Positions 19,205-31,413 of a DNA stretch of 64,000 bases are shown here, one piece after another (position 1 is the first letter of the stretch; each line of letters starts with the position of its first letter). Source of the DNA: a bacterium. GTDB taxonomy: Bacteria; UBA10199; 2-02-FULL-44-16; JAAZCA01. Where the stretch lies: positions 832,001 to 896,000 of the forward strand of contig CAXXGI010000003.1 of assembly GCA_963674695.2 (NCBI GenBank). Reading direction: 5' to 3'. The translations under genes and the position numbers were made by a program. Below the pieces are notes generated by a model. It did not search any database and was not told the origin of the DNA. It was given only the letters and a program-made list of their open reading frames with translations.

Positions 19205-19603
19205 TCACCAAATACTGCAGAGCACTTCACCACCGACACCATGACGTTTCGCATCGACATCTTTGAGCACACCCTTCGACGTTGAGAGCACCGCGACGCC
19301 AATACCCTGCCGGTTCGGCCGGATCTCGTGTGCCTGAATATACTTACGGCGACCGAGCTTGCTCTCACGCTGCAAATTATGAAACACCGGCTTGCCCTCA
19401 TCGGTGTAGCGGATTTCGATGAGAATCTGACGGCGCCATCCTTCGCCGACCGTCTCGATATTCCCAACAAAGCCCTCTTTACTCATAACGTTCGCAACCG
19501 CCTCGCAGATACGCGAATACGGCACCACAGCGCGCTCGTGTTTGGCATGCGCTGCATTGCGAACACGTGTCAGTAAATCGGCAATAGGATCATTGACTGG
19601 CAT
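19205..19603 (-). CDS. rpsH: 30S ribosomal protein S8
   Basis: DPIADLLTRVRNA, LSTSKG, GGEVLCSIW. Confidence 0.98.
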   Translation of the reverse strand: MPVNDPIADLLTRVRNAAHAKHERAVVPYSRICEAVANVMSKEGFVGNIETVGEGWRRQILIEIRYTDEGKPVFHNLQRESKLGRRKYIQAHEIRPNRQGIGVAVLSTSKGVLKDVDAKRHGVGGEVLCSIW

Positions 19604-19662
19604 AGCTTCCTCATCTCATTCTGCCATCGACGGCGTCAACGCGCCGCCCTTCGGCGATGAAT

Positions 19663-19848
19663 TCACCAACTCGATTTAACCACCCCCGGGAGATCACCCG
19701 AGAGCGCCATATTCCGAAAACAAATGCGACACATATCGAAACGTCGCATATAGGCCCTTGGACGCCCGCAGATCGGACAGCGGTTATAGCCGCGCACCCG
19801 ATACTTCGGTTTGCTCTTTGCCTTGTTCATCAAACAGGTCTTAGCCAT
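19663..19848 (-). CDS. rpsN: 30S ribosomal protein S14 type Z
   Basis: RCPICGR..CRICFR, 61 aa. Confidence 0.98.
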   Translation of the reverse strand: MAKTCLMNKAKSKPKYRVRGYNRCPICGRPRAYMRRFDMCRICFRNMALSGDLPGVVKSSW

Positions 19849-19855
19849 TGTATCC

Positions 19856-19915
19856 TCGTCGTTCGTTGTTCGTCATTCGTTGCGCATTCGCACGAATCGC
19901 GAACCATGAATTACG
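19856..19915. repeat. Heptamer-repeat hairpin between rplE and rpsN
   Basis: TCGTCGT TCGTTGT TCGTCAT TCGTTGC ... ACGAATC GCGAACC ATGAATT. Confidence 0.65.
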
Positions 19916-20588
19916 CTGTCCTAAAAGGCATCCCCATAAGCTTGAGAAGCGCCCGACCCTCATCATCCGTATTCGCTGTCGTGACAAAGGTGATGTTCAT
20001 CCCATTCGTACGCTGAACCTTGTCGTAGTCCACCTCAGGAAAAACCGTCTGCTCCGTGATGCCGAGGGTGTAATTGCCACGACCATCAAAAGCCTTATTC
20101 GAAATACCCTTGAAATCGCGAACCCGAGGAAGCGCCACGTTGACCAGTCGATTCATGAATTCGAACATGCTCTTCCCACGCAGCGTCACGCTTGCACCGA
20201 CCGCTTGCCCTTTGCGCAATTTGAAGTTCGCAATCGAATTCTTCGCCTTGGTGATGACCGGACGCTGGCCTGTAATCGCTGCGATCTCAGCGGCCGCCGT
20301 CTGGAGGATCTTGATATCCTGAAGCGCCTCTTTGATAGAGGTGTTGACCACAATCTTCGTCAGCTTCGGCACCTGCATCCGGTTGACATAGCCAAACTGT
20401 TTGGTGAGCGCCTCTACGCATTCTTCAACATACTTCCGCTCGAGGCTCGAAGGCACCTTCGGCTTGAGTTCCTTGCGCGGCTTTGCCTTCTTCTCGCCGC
20501 CTTCAGCCTGAGCGTTGGCTTTGCCCTTGGCCTTTGCCTTCTCTGGCGCCTTCTCTTTGGCTTTTTTCTGTTCCTTCTTCTCTGTCAC
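19911..20588 (-). CDS. rplE: 50S ribosomal protein L5 with Lys-rich N-terminal extension
   Basis: GTG start after AAGGAGG; [26 protein letters not shown]. Confidence 0.97.
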   Translation of the reverse strand: MTEKKEQKKAKEKAPEKAKAKGKANAQAEGGEKKAKPRKELKPKVPSSLERKYVEECVEALTKQFGYVNRMQVPKLTKIVVNTSIKEALQDIKILQTAAAEIAAITGQRPVITKAKNSIANFKLRKGQAVGASVTLRGKSMFEFMNRLVNVALPRVRDFKGISNKAFDGRGNYTLGITEQTVFPEVDYDKVQRTNGMNITFVTTANTDDEGRALLKLMGMPFRTA

Positions 20589-20622
20589 AGCTTCCTCCTT
20601 TAACCCGTCACGCGGGGAGGCA

Positions 20623-20943
20623 TCACTTGGCCGACTCGATAATCTCGTTTGAACGCTTCGATATGCGAACCTTCCGCTCATCGACCACTTTGAAACCGAT
20701 GCGCGTCGGCTTGCCCAGTTTTTCATCATAGTACATCACATTGGAGACATTGATCGCTGCCTCTTTCTCGATGATGCCACCCTGGCGGTGCTGCGCAGAG
20801 GGCTTCTGGTGTCGCTTCACCAGATTGAGACGCTCCACCCAGACCCGGTTCGTCTTGCGATCGACGCGAAAGATCTTTCCCGTCTTTCCCTTGTCTTTCC
20901 CGGTAATTATCTGAACCATATCACCATTACGAATCTTCATCAC
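20623..20943 (-). CDS. rplX: 50S ribosomal protein L24
   Basis: [22 protein letters not shown]. Confidence 0.98.
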   Translation of the reverse strand: MMKIRNGDMVQIITGKDKGKTGKIFRVDRKTNRVWVERLNLVKRHQKPSAQHRQGGIIEKEAAINVSNVMYYDEKLGKPTRIGFKVVDERKVRISKRSNEIIESAK

Positions 20944-20976
20944 AACCTCGTTGTTCGTTAAATGAAAAATTAAATA

Positions 20977-21345
20977 TCAGAGCACTTCCGGTGCCAGTGA
21001 AATAATCTTCACATATTTCTTCGCGCGCAACTCCCTCGCTACCGGCCCAAAAATACGCGTCCCGATCGGCTCGCCATTGTCTCCGATGAGAACTGCCGAA
21101 TTGCCATCAAACCGGATCGTCGAACCATCGCTCCGGCGCAGCTCCTTCTTCGTGCGCACGATAACCGCTTTCTTGACATCGCCCTTCTTCACCTTCGAGC
21201 GAGGAATCGCCTCCTTCACAGAGACAACGATGATATCGCCCACCGTCGCATACCGGCGCTTCGACCCACCCAAGACCTTAATACAGCTCAGGCGCTTGGC
21301 ACCCGAGTTGTCGGCAACATCCAATTCGCTCATATGCTGAATCAT
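20977..21345 (-). CDS. rplN: 50S ribosomal protein L14
   Basis: [20 protein letters not shown]. Confidence 0.99.
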   Translation of the reverse strand: MIQHMSELDVADNSGAKRLSCIKVLGGSKRRYATVGDIIVVSVKEAIPRSKVKKGDVKKAVIVRTKKELRRSDGSTIRFDGNSAVLIGDNGEPIGTRIFGPVARELRAKKYVKIISLAPEVL

Positions 21346-21391
21346 ATCGTACTCCTACCCTCCATCGTTCGAGGGTCCAGGGCGGACAGCG

Positions 21392-21658
21392 TCAATCGAC
21401 GATCTCCGCCTTCCGTAAAATGGATTCTACGCGCCAGCGTTTCCGCTTTGACAACGGACGACACTCGCGGATCGCAACCTGATCTCCACAACGACATTCG
21501 TTTGCCTCATCGTGCGCCATAAAACGGCTCTTCCGACGAATGTATTTCTTGAAACGCTCATCGAGCACCGTGCGAGAGACCTCAACGACGACACTCTTGT
21601 CCATCGCATCACTCTTCACGACGCCGATCTTATGTTTTTTGTTCACTGTATCAGACAT
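21392..21658 (-). CDS. rpsQ: 30S ribosomal protein S17
   Basis: GVVKSDAMDKSVVV, ECRPLSKRKRW. Confidence 0.98.
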   Translation of the reverse strand: MSDTVNKKHKIGVVKSDAMDKSVVVEVSRTVLDERFKKYIRRKSRFMAHDEANECRCGDQVAIRECRPLSKRKRWRVESILRKAEIVD

Positions 21659-21659
21659 A

Positions 21660-21869
21660 TTATTTCGCCTCCTTCGCAGCGCTCCGCTCACGCTCGACTA
21701 ATATCGTCTTCACTCGCGCCAGGTCCCGCTGTGTCTTGCGAATATTCGCTGTCTGCTTGAGCTGGCCCGCACCCTTACGAAAACGAAGGCGAAAGACCTC
21801 CTCCTGCAAATCCTGCGAAAACTTTGAAAGCTCTTCTGTCGACTTCACCCTCATCTCACTTGGCTTCAC
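21660..21869 (-). CDS. rpmC: 50S ribosomal protein L29
   Basis: [18 protein letters not shown]; position in the S10 operon. Confidence 0.96.
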   Translation of the reverse strand: MKPSEMRVKSTEELSKFSQDLQEEVFRLRFRKGAGQLKQTANIRKTQRDLARVKTILVERERSAAKEAK

Positions 21870-22281
21870 GATAGCCCTCCCGCGCGACGATCTTCGTCTT
21901 CACCGGCAACTTGTGCGAGGCGAGGCGAAGTGCCTCGACTGCAACACTGTGTTCAACGCCGGCCATCTCATAGAGCATGCGGCCGCGCTTGACCGGGGCA
22001 ACCCAATCCTCAGGACTTCCTTTTCCTTTTCCCATGCGAACTTCAGCCGGTTTCTTTGAAATCGGCTTATCCGGGAAAATCCGAACCCAGAGCTTGCCCC
22101 CACGCTTGGTGGCACGGCTCATCGCCATGCGCGCAGCTTCGATCTGACGCGCCGTAACACGACCATGCGTGATCGCCTGCAACCCATAGTCGCCGAATGA
22201 AAGATTACAACCACGGCGTGCAACACCGCGAATGCGACCCTTCTGGTGTTTTCGAAATTTTGTCTTTGACGGTTGTAACAT
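21856..22281 (-). CDS. rplP: 50S ribosomal protein L16
   Basis: QIEAAR, RIFPDKP, RMGKGKG. Confidence 0.99.
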   Translation of the reverse strand: MLQPSKTKFRKHQKGRIRGVARRGCNLSFGDYGLQAITHGRVTARQIEAARMAMSRATKRGGKLWVRIFPDKPISKKPAEVRMGKGKGSPEDWVAPVKRGRMLYEMAGVEHSVAVEALRLASHKLPVKTKIVAREGYREAK

Positions 22282-22305
22282 GTCAGCTCCGTATTCGCTT
22301 CAATC

Positions 22306-22983
22306 CTATCGGCTTGCGGCAAGTCGTGGCGCTCCCAACGGCTGCTGCGCACGATCTCCAAGGATTTCACCTTTGTAGACCCACGTCTTCACTCCGATGA
22401 TGCCGTAGGTGGTTTTCGCCTCAGCAAATCCATAATCGACGTCCGCACGTAACGTGTGCAGCGGAACGCGACCTTCACGATACCATTCACGGCGCGCAAT
22501 TTCAGCCCCACCCAGACGGCCTGAACACTGAATTCGAATGCCTTCCGCGCCGAGCTTCAGTGCCGACTGCACCGCCTTTTTCATCGCGCGGCGGAAAGCG
22601 ACACGGCGGATCAACTGCCCTGCAACATTCTCCGCCACTAGCTGCGCATCGATCTCCGCCTTGCGCACTTCGCGAATATTAACCGTCACATCTTCATTCA
22701 TCCGCTGCTGCAGATCGATGCGCAATGAATCGATTCCAGCGCCCTTCTTCCCGATGACGAGTCCAGGACGGGCGGTAAAAATATTGATGATCACCTTGCC
22801 CGCGGCTCGCTCGATATCGACATGAGAAACGCCCGTATGATAGAGCCGCTTTTTGATCTCAAGTCGAATATAGCGATCGTCGTGTACCTGTTTCTGATAG
22901 GCCCCTTTCGGAGCATACCAGCGCGAACCCCAGGTCTTGGTCACGCCGAGCCGAAAACCGATTGGATGCGTCTTCTGTCCCAT
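22306..22983 (-). CDS. rpsC: 30S ribosomal protein S3
   Basis: [24 protein letters not shown]. Confidence 0.99.
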   Translation of the reverse strand: MGQKTHPIGFRLGVTKTWGSRWYAPKGAYQKQVHDDRYIRLEIKKRLYHTGVSHVDIERAAGKVIINIFTARPGLVIGKKGAGIDSLRIDLQQRMNEDVTVNIREVRKAEIDAQLVAENVAGQLIRRVAFRRAMKKAVQSALKLGAEGIRIQCSGRLGGAEIARREWYREGRVPLHTLRADVDYGFAEAKTTYGIIGVKTWVYKGEILGDRAQQPLGAPRLAASR

Positions 22984-22990
22984 AACATCT

Positions 22991-23070
22991 CCGTAATCCG
23001 TTAACCGTTATCTGTGATCCGATCATCTCATGACCCCCACCGGATCACGGATACCGGATCACGAGTCACG
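22991..23070. repeat. Heptamer-repeat hairpin between rplV and rpsC
   Basis: CCGTAAT CCGTTAA CCGTTAT CTGTGAT CCG ... CGG ATCACGG ATACCGG ATCACGA GTCACG. Confidence 0.7.
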
Positions 23071-23071
23071 T

Positions 23072-23404
23072 CTATCTTTCATCCAACGTAATTGAAAGCC
23101 GGCTCGTGCGCTTGAGAACGGGCGTCGCCATTCCACGTGCGCGCGGCATCCAGCGACGCATCGTCGGCCCTTTGTCGACGAGCAATTCTTTCACATAGAG
23201 ATTATCCAGATCGACCCCGCCCTGCTGGTCGGCATTGGCAACCGCTGATTTGATCAGCTTGAGCAACGGCTGTGCTGCACGCCGTGGGCAAAACGTCAAA
23301 TAATCGATCGCCTTCTGGACATCCTCACCACGAACCTGATCCGCAACGACGCGAACCTTCCGCGGCGAAATTCGCAACAATTTCACGCGTGCATTCGAAG
23401 CCAT
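23072..23404 (-). CDS. rplV: 50S ribosomal protein L22
   Basis: RISPRKVRVVAD, SAVANA, PRARG. Confidence 0.98.
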   Translation of the reverse strand: MASNARVKLLRISPRKVRVVADQVRGEDVQKAIDYLTFCPRRAAQPLLKLIKSAVANADQQGGVDLDNLYVKELLVDKGPTMRRWMPRARGMATPVLKRTSRLSITLDER

Positions 23405-23691
23405 CACTTCCCTCCTTTGACCGACGTCTTCCGATCTCCTGAATGCCCACGAAAGAGTCGGGTATGGGAGAACTCGCCCAACTTATGTCCCACCATATTC
23501 TCCGTCACATAGACCGGAATAAACTTCCGCCCATTATGAACGGCAACGGTCAATCCCACCATATCCGGGAACACGGTGGAGCGACGCGACCAGGTGCGAA
23601 TCAACTGACGATCGCCTCCGCCCTGCGCCAGCTGCACCTTCCGGAGCAGATGGGTATCGATGAATGGTCCCTTTTTAAGTGAACGTGCCAT
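23404..23691 (-). CDS. rpsS: 30S ribosomal protein S19
   Basis: [17 protein letters not shown]. Confidence 0.99.
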   Translation of the reverse strand: MARSLKKGPFIDTHLLRKVQLAQGGGDRQLIRTWSRRSTVFPDMVGLTVAVHNGRKFIPVYVTENMVGHKLGEFSHTRLFRGHSGDRKTSVKGGK

Positions 23692-23740
23692 ATCGCTTCC
23701 TCAATCATCGGGCGACACGTTATACGTGCCGCACTGGACG

Positions 23741-24571
23741 TTAGCGCTTCTTTTTGCGCGACGAGACGATAAACCGCTGCGTGCGCTGATTGCTTCTCGT
23801 TTTCTTCCCCTTCGTACACCAACCCCAAGGGGAGACCGGATTACGACCACCGGTCGTACGGCCCTCGCCACCACCATGCGGATGGTCAACCGGATTCATC
23901 GCTGAACCACGAACGTGCGGCCTCCGACCCATGTGGCGGGTCCTTCCGGCCTTGCCGATGACCTGATTCTCATGCTCGACATTGCCGACCTGACCAACCG
24001 TGGCCCAGCAATTGACGTGAATCATACGCACTTCGCCGGACGGGAGTTTGACCTGCGCGTAGGTCCCTTCGCGCGCCATCAACTGCGCAACCGCGCCTGC
24101 ACTCCGTACAATTTTTCCGCCCGCGCCGGGCCTGAGCTCAATATTGTGAATCGTCGTTCCCAGCGGAATATTCTGCAACGGCATGGAGTTTCCGGGAGCA
24201 ATCTCCGCGCGCTCTGATGCCACAATACGATCACCGACGTTGAGGCCAACCGGCGCAAGGATATAGCGCTTCTCGCCATCGACGTAGTTGAGCAATGCGA
24301 TGCGGGCCGAACGATTCGGATCATACTCGATCGCACTGACCTTCGCCGGAATATCCCGTTTGTTCCGGCGAAAATCGATAATACGATATTTCCGTTTCGC
24401 GCCACCGCCACGATGCCGAAGCGTAATCCGGCCGTTATTATTTCTTCCGGCGCTCTTCGTACACGCCTCGGTCAACGCGCGCTCAGGACGCTTCTTCGTC
24501 AAGTCGGAGAAATCACACCCGCTCATTCCTCTTCGTCCTGGTGTGGTCGGCTGATAGTTCTTGATAGCCAT
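23741..24571 (-). CDS. rplB: 50S ribosomal protein L2
   Basis: [26 protein letters not shown]. Confidence 0.99.
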   Translation of the reverse strand: MAIKNYQPTTPGRRGMSGCDFSDLTKKRPERALTEACTKSAGRNNNGRITLRHRGGGAKRKYRIIDFRRNKRDIPAKVSAIEYDPNRSARIALLNYVDGEKRYILAPVGLNVGDRIVASERAEIAPGNSMPLQNIPLGTTIHNIELRPGAGGKIVRSAGAVAQLMAREGTYAQVKLPSGEVRMIHVNCWATVGQVGNVEHENQVIGKAGRTRHMGRRPHVRGSAMNPVDHPHGGGEGRTTGGRNPVSPWGWCTKGKKTRSNQRTQRFIVSSRKKKR

Positions 24572-24637
24572 GGTGCTCCTCACGAATCTGCCACCGTCGG
24601 CAGCATGGTGCGTGTCACAGTTCCTTCACATCCAAAC

Positions 24638-24925
24638 CTATACTCCGTCGAGAAAATCGATCCGCTCGCCCTCTTTCAAAGAGACGATCGCCTTCTTCCA
24701 CGAATGCGTTCGCCCGACACTTCTTCCAACTCTTTTATACTTACCGGGCACCTTCATCGTGCGCACTTCCGTAACCGAAACTTTGAAGACGCGCTCGATC
24801 GCATCGCGAATATCATACTTCGTCGCCCGACGATCCACCTCGAAGCTGTATTTGTTGCATTCCTGCTGCGCAACCGACCCCTTCTCAGTCACCAGCGGCT
24901 TTTTGATCACGTCGTAGGTATTCAC
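24638..24925 (-). CDS. rplW: 50S ribosomal protein L23
   Basis: PLVTEKG, WKKAIVSL. Confidence 0.98.
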   Translation of the reverse strand: MNTYDVIKKPLVTEKGSVAQQECNKYSFEVDRRATKYDIRDAIERVFKVSVTEVRTMKVPGKYKRVGRSVGRTHSWKKAIVSLKEGERIDFLDGV

Positions 24926-25542
24926 GGCTTCAGTACCTCCTGCACCCGCTCGAGCGCCGCAACCGTCATCACCGTATGTTCGTAGCGCATCATGTCATAA
25001 ACATTGAGACCTTCGCTGCGAACCAGTTTTACGTTCGAAAGATTACGCACCGACTTCATCAACTTCTCATCCTGTCCATCCACAACGATCAAGACGCTGC
25101 GAACCCCAAGATTCTTGAGCGTTTCTGCGACCACCTTCGTCTTGATCTCCTGAGGTGATATCGAATCGACGATCAGCAGCTGTCCTTCCTGCTGCTTCAG
25201 CGCCAGCGCTGCTCGCAGACCGCCCTTCCGCGCTTTCCGCGGAATGCGATACTCATAGCTGCGGGGATGCGGACCGAATGCTTTTCCACCACCCACGAAT
25301 ATGTTTGCCCGTTCATCGCCATGGCGCGCACGACCGGTACCCTTCTGCCGATACATCTTCGCCGTCGTTCCGCTCACATCCGTGCGGGTACGCGTCGCTG
25401 CCGTCCCCTTCCTGCGGTTGGCGAGCTGCATCGTCACCACCTCATGGATGAGAGCGATGTTTGGTTTCTGGCCGAAGATCTCATCAGCAAGTTCCACCTC
25501 ACTGATCGGCTTCTTTGATGTATCGATGACCGTTCCCTTCAC
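24922..25542 (-). CDS. rplD: 50S ribosomal protein L4
   Basis: RQKGTGRARHG, GGGKAFGPHPR. Confidence 0.98.
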   Translation of the reverse strand: MKGTVIDTSKKPISEVELADEIFGQKPNIALIHEVVTMQLANRRKGTAATRTRTDVSGTTAKMYRQKGTGRARHGDERANIFVGGGKAFGPHPRSYEYRIPRKARKGGLRAALALKQQEGQLLIVDSISPQEIKTKVVAETLKNLGVRSVLIVVDGQDEKLMKSVRNLSNVKLVRSEGLNVYDMMRYEHTVMTVAALERVQEVLKP

Positions 25543-25545
25543 AGG

Positions 25546-26316
25546 TCACTCCTTGTCCGTCGTCTTGGCGGGTGCCTCCGCAGTGGCGGCATCCTCCTCA
25601 ACATTCTGTGTCTCATCCACCTTCTTCGACTCAACCTGCTCATCGGCAGCTTTGTTTTCCGCGATGCGCTTCAGTTCCGGACGCGCCTCGAATTCCACAT
25701 CGACCGGCGTGACCACAACCAGACCTTCACGCGCGCCGGGAATGCCGCCCCTGACGAGCAGAATATTATCTTCGGGCCGGATAGCGACGACTTCCAGATT
25801 GCGGATGGTCACATTATCACAACCCATATGCCCCGGGAGCCTCGTATTCTTGAAGACGCGCGACGGCCAGGTACGCATGCCAATCGATCCGGGACGACGA
25901 TGAAAGTTCGAGCCATGGGATGCGGGGCCACCGTGTTTTCCATGTCGCTTCATCACGCCCTGAAACCCGCGACCCTTCGTCACACCGGTGACATGTACGA
26001 TATCGCCCGCCTTGAATCCCGTGACCAAAAGTTCTTCGCCAACGGAATAGTCAGCCGCGCGATCCGTTCGAAACTCACGCAGATGCGTATAAAGCGGAAG
26101 GGAATTCTTCTCCAGATGCCCACGCTGCGCCTTGGTGAGTTTCTTCGGCGTTGTCACGCCAAATCCGAGCTGAACGGCGTTATAACCGTCGCTCTTGCCC
26201 GTTTTGCACTGCGTAACCGTGCAAGGACCAAGTTCGACAACGGTGACCGGGATCCGCTCGCCGCCATCGACGAAGATCTGAGTCATCCCTTTCTTTTTAC
26301 CCAGCAAACCTAGCAT
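25546..26316 (-). CDS. rplC: 50S ribosomal protein L3 with acidic C-terminal extension
   Basis: GKKKGMTQIF, KGRGFQGVMKRH, HRRPGSIG. Confidence 0.98.
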   Translation of the reverse strand: MLGLLGKKKGMTQIFVDGGERIPVTVVELGPCTVTQCKTGKSDGYNAVQLGFGVTTPKKLTKAQRGHLEKNSLPLYTHLREFRTDRAADYSVGEELLVTGFKAGDIVHVTGVTKGRGFQGVMKRHGKHGGPASHGSNFHRRPGSIGMRTWPSRVFKNTRLPGHMGCDNVTIRNLEVVAIRPEDNILLVRGGIPGAREGLVVVTPVDVEFEARPELKRIAENKAADEQVESKKVDETQNVEEDAATAEAPAKTTDKE

Positions 26317-26376
26317 GAATCACCTCTACGTCTTCTTTCAGTGAAAGATATCCATCACCCACCGAATGACGATGCA

Positions 26377-26703
26377 TCAGATCATTTTGATCTCGACATC
26401 CACGCCGGCAGAGAGCTCAAGTTTCATGAGCGCATCGACCGTCTGCTGCGTTGGCTCGAGAATGTCGATGAGGCGCTTGTGCGTCCGAATCTCAAACTGC
26501 TCCTGCGAGCGTTTATCGACATGCGGACTGCGCAATACGCAGTATTTCTCAATCTTCGTCGGCAACGGAATCGGACCCGCTAGATGCGCTCCGGTGCGCT
26601 GCACCGTTCCCGTGATCTCTGCCGCCGACTGATCGAGCAGCTTGTGATCATAGGCCTTGAGCCGAATCCGAATTTTTTGTCCCTTGTCATATTGCGTCGC
26701 CAT
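26377..26703 (-). CDS. rpsJ: 30S ribosomal protein S10
   Basis: [29 protein letters not shown]. Confidence 0.99.
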   Translation of the reverse strand: MATQYDKGQKIRIRLKAYDHKLLDQSAAEITGTVQRTGAHLAGPIPLPTKIEKYCVLRSPHVDKRSQEQFEIRTHKRLIDILEPTQQTVDALMKLELSAGVDVEIKMI

Positions 26704-26743
26704 AGCACCCTCGTATTGAGACGGCCAACTCCGTTGTATATCT

Positions 26744-27934
26744 TTACTCGACGACTTCGGTCACAACGCCGGCACCCACCGTGCGGCCACCTTCACGAAC
26801 CGCGAACCGAAGTTCCTTCTCCATCGCGATCGGCGTGATCAGCTCGATCTCCGCCGTCACGTTGTCGCCCGGCATCACCATCTCGACGTTCTCAGGCAAC
26901 TTCAGAATGCCCGTCACGTCCGTCGTCCGGAAATAAAACTGCGGACGATATCCCTTGAAAAATGGCGTGTGTCGTCCACCCTCTTCCTTCGTCAACACGT
27001 AGACCTCAGCCTTGAACTTCTTGTGCGGAAGAATCGAACCCGGAACTGCGACCACCTGCCCGCGCTCCACATCCTCACGCTTCGTGCCACGAAGCAAGAG
27101 CCCCACGTTGTCGCCCGCGCGACCTTCATCCAGAATCTTCCGGAACATCTCCACGCCCGTCACGACCGTCTTCTGCGTATCCTTCAGACCGATGATCTCC
27201 ATTTCCTGGCCCGTCTTGATGATGCCGCGCTCCACACGACCGGTCACCACCGTGCCGCGACCGGAGATGCTGAAGACGTCTTCGATCGGCATCAGGAACG
27301 GCTTGTCGATCGGACGCTCCGGCTCCGGAATGTATTCGTCGACTGCATCCAGCAACTTCTGGATCGACTCAAATCCCTGCTCGCCGGCATCGCCGTTCAT
27401 CGCCTTGAGCGCCGAACCGCGAATGATGGGAATATCGTCACCCGGATACTCGTACCGGGAGAGCAGCTCGCGAACTTCCAACTCCACCAGGTCAAGCAGT
27501 TCCGGATCGTCGACCTGATCCACCTTGTTCATATAGACCACGATCCGAGGAACGCCGACCTGGCGCGCCAACAGGATGTGCTCGCGCGTCTGCGGCATCG
27601 GACCATCCGCTGCGGAAACCACCAGGATCGCGCCGTCCATCTGCGCGGCTCCCGTGATCATATTCTTCACGTAGTCAGCATGGCCCGGACAATCCACGTG
27701 TGCATAGTGACGCTTGTCCGTCTCATACTCGACGTGCGCCGTCGCAATCGTGATGCCGCGCTCCTTCTCTTCAGGCGCCTTGTCGATCTGGTCGAAATCC
27801 ATCTTCTCGGCCTGACCCTTGCTCGCCTGATACATGGTCATCGCACTGGTCAACGTCGTCTTGCCGTGATCCACGTGACCGATGGTTCCCACGTTTACGT
27901 GCGGCTTTGTCCGTTCAAATTTCGCTTTCGCCAT
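26744..27934 (-). CDS. tuf: Elongation factor Tu (str-operon copy)
   Basis: [25 protein letters not shown]. Confidence 0.99.
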   Translation of the reverse strand: MAKAKFERTKPHVNVGTIGHVDHGKTTLTSAMTMYQASKGQAEKMDFDQIDKAPEEKERGITIATAHVEYETDKRHYAHVDCPGHADYVKNMITGAAQMDGAILVVSAADGPMPQTREHILLARQVGVPRIVVYMNKVDQVDDPELLDLVELEVRELLSRYEYPGDDIPIIRGSALKAMNGDAGEQGFESIQKLLDAVDEYIPEPERPIDKPFLMPIEDVFSISGRGTVVTGRVERGIIKTGQEMEIIGLKDTQKTVVTGVEMFRKILDEGRAGDNVGLLLRGTKREDVERGQVVAVPGSILPHKKFKAEVYVLTKEEGGRHTPFFKGYRPQFYFRTTDVTGILKLPENVEMVMPGDNVTAEIELITPIAMEKELRFAVREGGRTVGAGVVTEVVE

Positions 27935-27952
27935 GGCCTGCCTCCCCTGAGT

Positions 27953-28062
27953 ACAGTTGAAAGTTTTGAATACAGTTGAACGTTTAATGTTGAAAGTTGA
28001 AAGGAAAACCAAGACCCTTCAACCGCTCTTCTTTCAACTTTGAACTGAGAACTTTTAACTGT
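27953..28062. repeat. Heptamer-repeat hairpin between fusA and tuf
   Basis: AGTTGAA-type units paired with TTCAACT/TTGAACT units. Confidence 0.75.
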
Positions 28063-28064
28063 CG

Positions 28065-30152
28065 TTACCTTCCTTGCGCCTTTCCGATAATCTCTTCGGC
28101 AAGATTCTTCGGAACAGGATCGTAGTGCGAAAACTGCATGGTATAGGTAGCGCGCCCTTGGGTCGCGCTGCGCAAATCGGTGGAGTATCCAAACATCTTT
28201 GCCAGCGGGACCGTCGCGCCGAGAACCTGCGTTCCAGAGCGAATCTCACTGCTGAGGATGCGACCCCGTCGTGAAGTCAGATCGCCCGTCACCGCACCGA
28301 TATATTCTTCGGGGACAACGACCTCGACACCCATAACCGGCTCGAGCAAAACGGGGTTCGCCTTGCGTGCCCCATCCTTGACGCCCATTGAAGCACAGAT
28401 CTTGAACGCCATATCTGACGAATCGACCTCGTGATAGGACCCATCGAAAACGGTCACCTGCACATCCACGAGGGGAAACCCTGCCAACACACCCGAATCC
28501 ATCGCCTCTTTGGCACCCTTTTCGATTGCTCCGATATACTCACGCGGGATACGTCCGCCAGTAACTTCGTCTTTAAATTCAAATCCAGTTCCACGCTCGA
28601 CCGGCTGAATGCGCAACCAACAATGAGCATACTGCCCATGACCGCCCGTCTGCTTGACGTATTTTGATTCCACTTCCACCATCTTGGTCACGGACTCGCG
28701 GTAGGCCACCTGAGGTTTTCCGACGTTAGCGGAGACACCAAACTCGCGCATCATGCGATCGACGATGATCTCGAGATGAAGCTCGCCCATTCCGGAGATG
28801 ACCGTCTGACCTGTTTCATGATCGACCCGCACCTTAAACGAGGGGTCCTCGCGCATCAGCTTCTGCAGCGACATGCCGAGCTTTTCCTCATCGCCCCGCG
28901 ACTTCGGCTCGATGGCAATGGAAATCACCGGCTCCGGAAACTCCATCGTCTCGAGCAGGATGGGGTGTTTCTGATCGCAGAGCGTCTCGCCGGTTCGCGA
29001 ATTATTCAGCCCCACGGCGGCAATGATATCACCAGCCACCGCCTTGTTCACTTCTTCACGCTTGCTCGAATGCATGCGCAACAACCGTCCAATGCGCTCG
29101 CGCTTTCCCGTTGCAGAGTTGTAGACCGTCTTGCCGCACTCGAGCGTACCGGAATAGACTCGAAAATAGGTGAGCTGCCCCACATACGGGTCACTCATGA
29201 TCTTGAACGCGAGTGCTGCAAACGGCTCATCCGGATCGGGTCGACGCGTCAGTTCTTTCTCAAGATCGTCCGGATCCACGCCCTTGACCGGCGGCACATC
29301 CATCGGAGAAGGCAGAAAATCGATCACCGCATCCAGCACCTGCTGCACACCCTTATTCTTGAACGCGGAGCCGGCAAAGACCGGAACAATTTTCATCTGC
29401 AGCGTCGACATGCGCGCCGCACGAATAATTTCCTCTTCAGAAAGATCGTGGCTCTCCAGGTATCGATGAAGCAGGTCATCGTCGACCTCTACGACCGCTT
29501 CAATGAGCTGTTCCCGAAGTGCCTCCACCTCCGCCTGCATATCCTCAGGAACGGCTTCCTCGGTGACGACAGCCCCCTTGCTCTCTTCGTCATAGCGATA
29601 CGCTTTCCGACGGATGATATCGACCACACCATCGAAGTGATCCTCAGCCCCGATAGGAAGCTGGAACGGAATGGCGTTCGCCTTCAGCCGATCCCGCATC
29701 ATGGCAACGCACCGACGAAAATCAGCGCCGACGCGATCCATCTTATTCACGAATGCAAGTTTGGGCACACCGTAGTGATTTGCTTGGCGCCACACCGTCT
29801 CCGACTGCGGCTCCACCCCAGCGACGGCATCGAAGACGCCGACCGCTCCATCGAGGACGCGGAGACTGCGCTCCACCTCGACGGTGAAATCCACATGCCC
29901 CGGCGTATCGATGATATTGATATCGTAGTCACGCCAGCTGCACGTCGTCGCTGCAGACGTGATGGTGATGCCGCGTTCCTGCTCCTGCTCCATCCAGTCC
30001 ATCACCGCGGTGCCATCATGCACTTCACCGATCTTATAGGTCATCCCCGTGTAAAACAGAATGCGCTCGCTCACCGTCGTCTTGCCTGCATCGATGTGGG
30101 CAATGATTCCGATATTACGGAGCCGATCGAGTTGTTTTGTCTTCTGTGCCAT
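28065..30152 (-). CDS. fusA: Elongation factor G
   Basis: [31 protein letters not shown]. Confidence 0.99.
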   Translation of the reverse strand: MAQKTKQLDRLRNIGIIAHIDAGKTTVSERILFYTGMTYKIGEVHDGTAVMDWMEQEQERGITITSAATTCSWRDYDINIIDTPGHVDFTVEVERSLRVLDGAVGVFDAVAGVEPQSETVWRQANHYGVPKLAFVNKMDRVGADFRRCVAMMRDRLKANAIPFQLPIGAEDHFDGVVDIIRRKAYRYDEESKGAVVTEEAVPEDMQAEVEALREQLIEAVVEVDDDLLHRYLESHDLSEEEIIRAARMSTLQMKIVPVFAGSAFKNKGVQQVLDAVIDFLPSPMDVPPVKGVDPDDLEKELTRRPDPDEPFAALAFKIMSDPYVGQLTYFRVYSGTLECGKTVYNSATGKRERIGRLLRMHSSKREEVNKAVAGDIIAAVGLNNSRTGETLCDQKHPILLETMEFPEPVISIAIEPKSRGDEEKLGMSLQKLMREDPSFKVRVDHETGQTVISGMGELHLEIIVDRMMREFGVSANVGKPQVAYRESVTKMVEVESKYVKQTGGHGQYAHCWLRIQPVERGTGFEFKDEVTGGRIPREYIGAIEKGAKEAMDSGVLAGFPLVDVQVTVFDGSYHEVDSSDMAFKICASMGVKDGARKANPVLLEPVMGVEVVVPEEYIGAVTGDLTSRRGRILSSEIRSGTQVLGATVPLAKMFGYSTDLRSATQGRATYTMQFSHYDPVPKNLAEEIIGKAQGR

Positions 30153-30257
30153 TATCTTCTCACGCTTTGGAGGTCGTTTTCGACCTCCCCTTTCACCTCA
30201 TACCATGCTGTCAAAGAACAGCTTGGCCGGTGTGGGACAAAGTGCCATCACCGAGAC

Positions 30258-30731
30258 CTACCACTTATAATGAGCAAAGGCCTTGTTCGCCTCCGCCATA
30301 CGATGCGTATCTTCGCGTTTCTTGATCGCCGATCCACGGTCCTCGAAGGCATCGAGCACCTCAGCCGCAAGGCGTTCGCGCATCGTGCGCTCACCGCGGG
30401 CACGAGAGGCAGCGATCAACCAGCGGAAACCCAACGCCACACGGCGATCATGGCGCACTTCGACCGGAACCTGATAGGTCGCACCACCGACGCGACGACT
30501 GCGTACCTCGATCATCGGCTTAATCTTCTCCAGCGCACCACGGAAGATCTTGACGGGCTCATCATTCTTCTTTTCCTTGAGCACGTCGAGCGCACCGTAA
30601 ACAATGCGCTCGGCCGTCGACTTCTTGCCGCCCATCATAATGCTGTTGATGAACTTCGAAATAAGCTCATCCCCATAGATGGGATCCGGCAGAACTTTCC
30701 GCTTCAGGCTTCCTCTTTTTTTGCGTGGCAT
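30258..30731 (-). CDS. rpsG: 30S ribosomal protein S7
   Basis: [24 protein letters not shown]. Confidence 0.99.
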   Translation of the reverse strand: MPRKKRGSLKRKVLPDPIYGDELISKFINSIMMGGKKSTAERIVYGALDVLKEKKNDEPVKIFRGALEKIKPMIEVRSRRVGGATYQVPVEVRHDRRVALGFRWLIAASRARGERTMRERLAAEVLDAFEDRGSAIKKREDTHRMAEANKAFAHYKW

Positions 30732-30790
30732 CGATAACTCCGTAACTCGTGACCTGTGACTCGCAGCACCCTATCGAGCAACACATCGGT

Positions 30791-31162
30791 TTACTTGGGC
30801 TTCTTCGTTCCATACTTCGAGCGACTCTGACGGCGATTTTCCACGCCGGTCGAATCGAGCGTACCGCGCACGATGTGATAGCGCACACCCGGCAAATCCT
30901 TCACACGACCGCCACGTACCATCACCACCGAGTGCTCCTGCAAATTATGGCCCTCGCCCGGGATGTAGGAAGTCACTTCGATCCCGTTGGTGAGACGAAC
31001 GCGTGCCACCTTGCGCAAGGCCGAGTTCGGTTTCTTCGGCGTCGTCGTATAGACGCGCACACAGACGCCGCGCCGCTGCGGACAACGCATCAGCGCCGGA
31101 GACGCCGTACGCGACTTGATCTGTTTGCGACCCATGCGAACCAGCTGGTTGATCGTCGGCAT
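30791..31162 (-). CDS. rpsL: 30S ribosomal protein S12
   Basis: [30 protein letters not shown]. Confidence 0.99.
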   Translation of the reverse strand: MPTINQLVRMGRKQIKSRTASPALMRCPQRRGVCVRVYTTTPKKPNSALRKVARVRLTNGIEVTSYIPGEGHNLQEHSVVMVRGGRVKDLPGVRYHIVRGTLDSTGVENRRQSRSKYGTKKPK

Positions 31163-31268
31163 AATCTCCCACCTTACGTCTTTTTCAGGCGACGCGAGCC
31201 TATCAAAAAGTCCTACAATTACAGGATGTTGTACGTCTTTTCTGCGGTTCCCTGTCTCAGGGCGGCGA

Positions 31269-31297
31269 AACCTAACAAAGCACCCCATCGAAGTCAA
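31269..31297 (-). promoter_or_regulatory. sigma70-type promoter of the str operon
   Basis: TTGACT-N17-TAGGTT followed by a GC-rich discriminator. Confidence 0.55.
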
Positions 31298-31358
31298 GGC
31301 GTTTCAAGCGTTTTTTGAGAGAGAAACACCTCTGAGCGCCATATGAAGCGGATGAGAG

Positions 31359-31397
31359 AAAAAACCCCAATAACCATTTAAGATTATTGGGGTTTTT
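31359..31397 (-). terminator. Intrinsic terminator after rpoC
   Basis: AAAAACCCCAATAA / TTATTGGGGTTTTT inverted repeat with T tract. Confidence 0.7.
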
Positions 31398-31413
31398 GAG
31401 ATATCTCCAGGGC

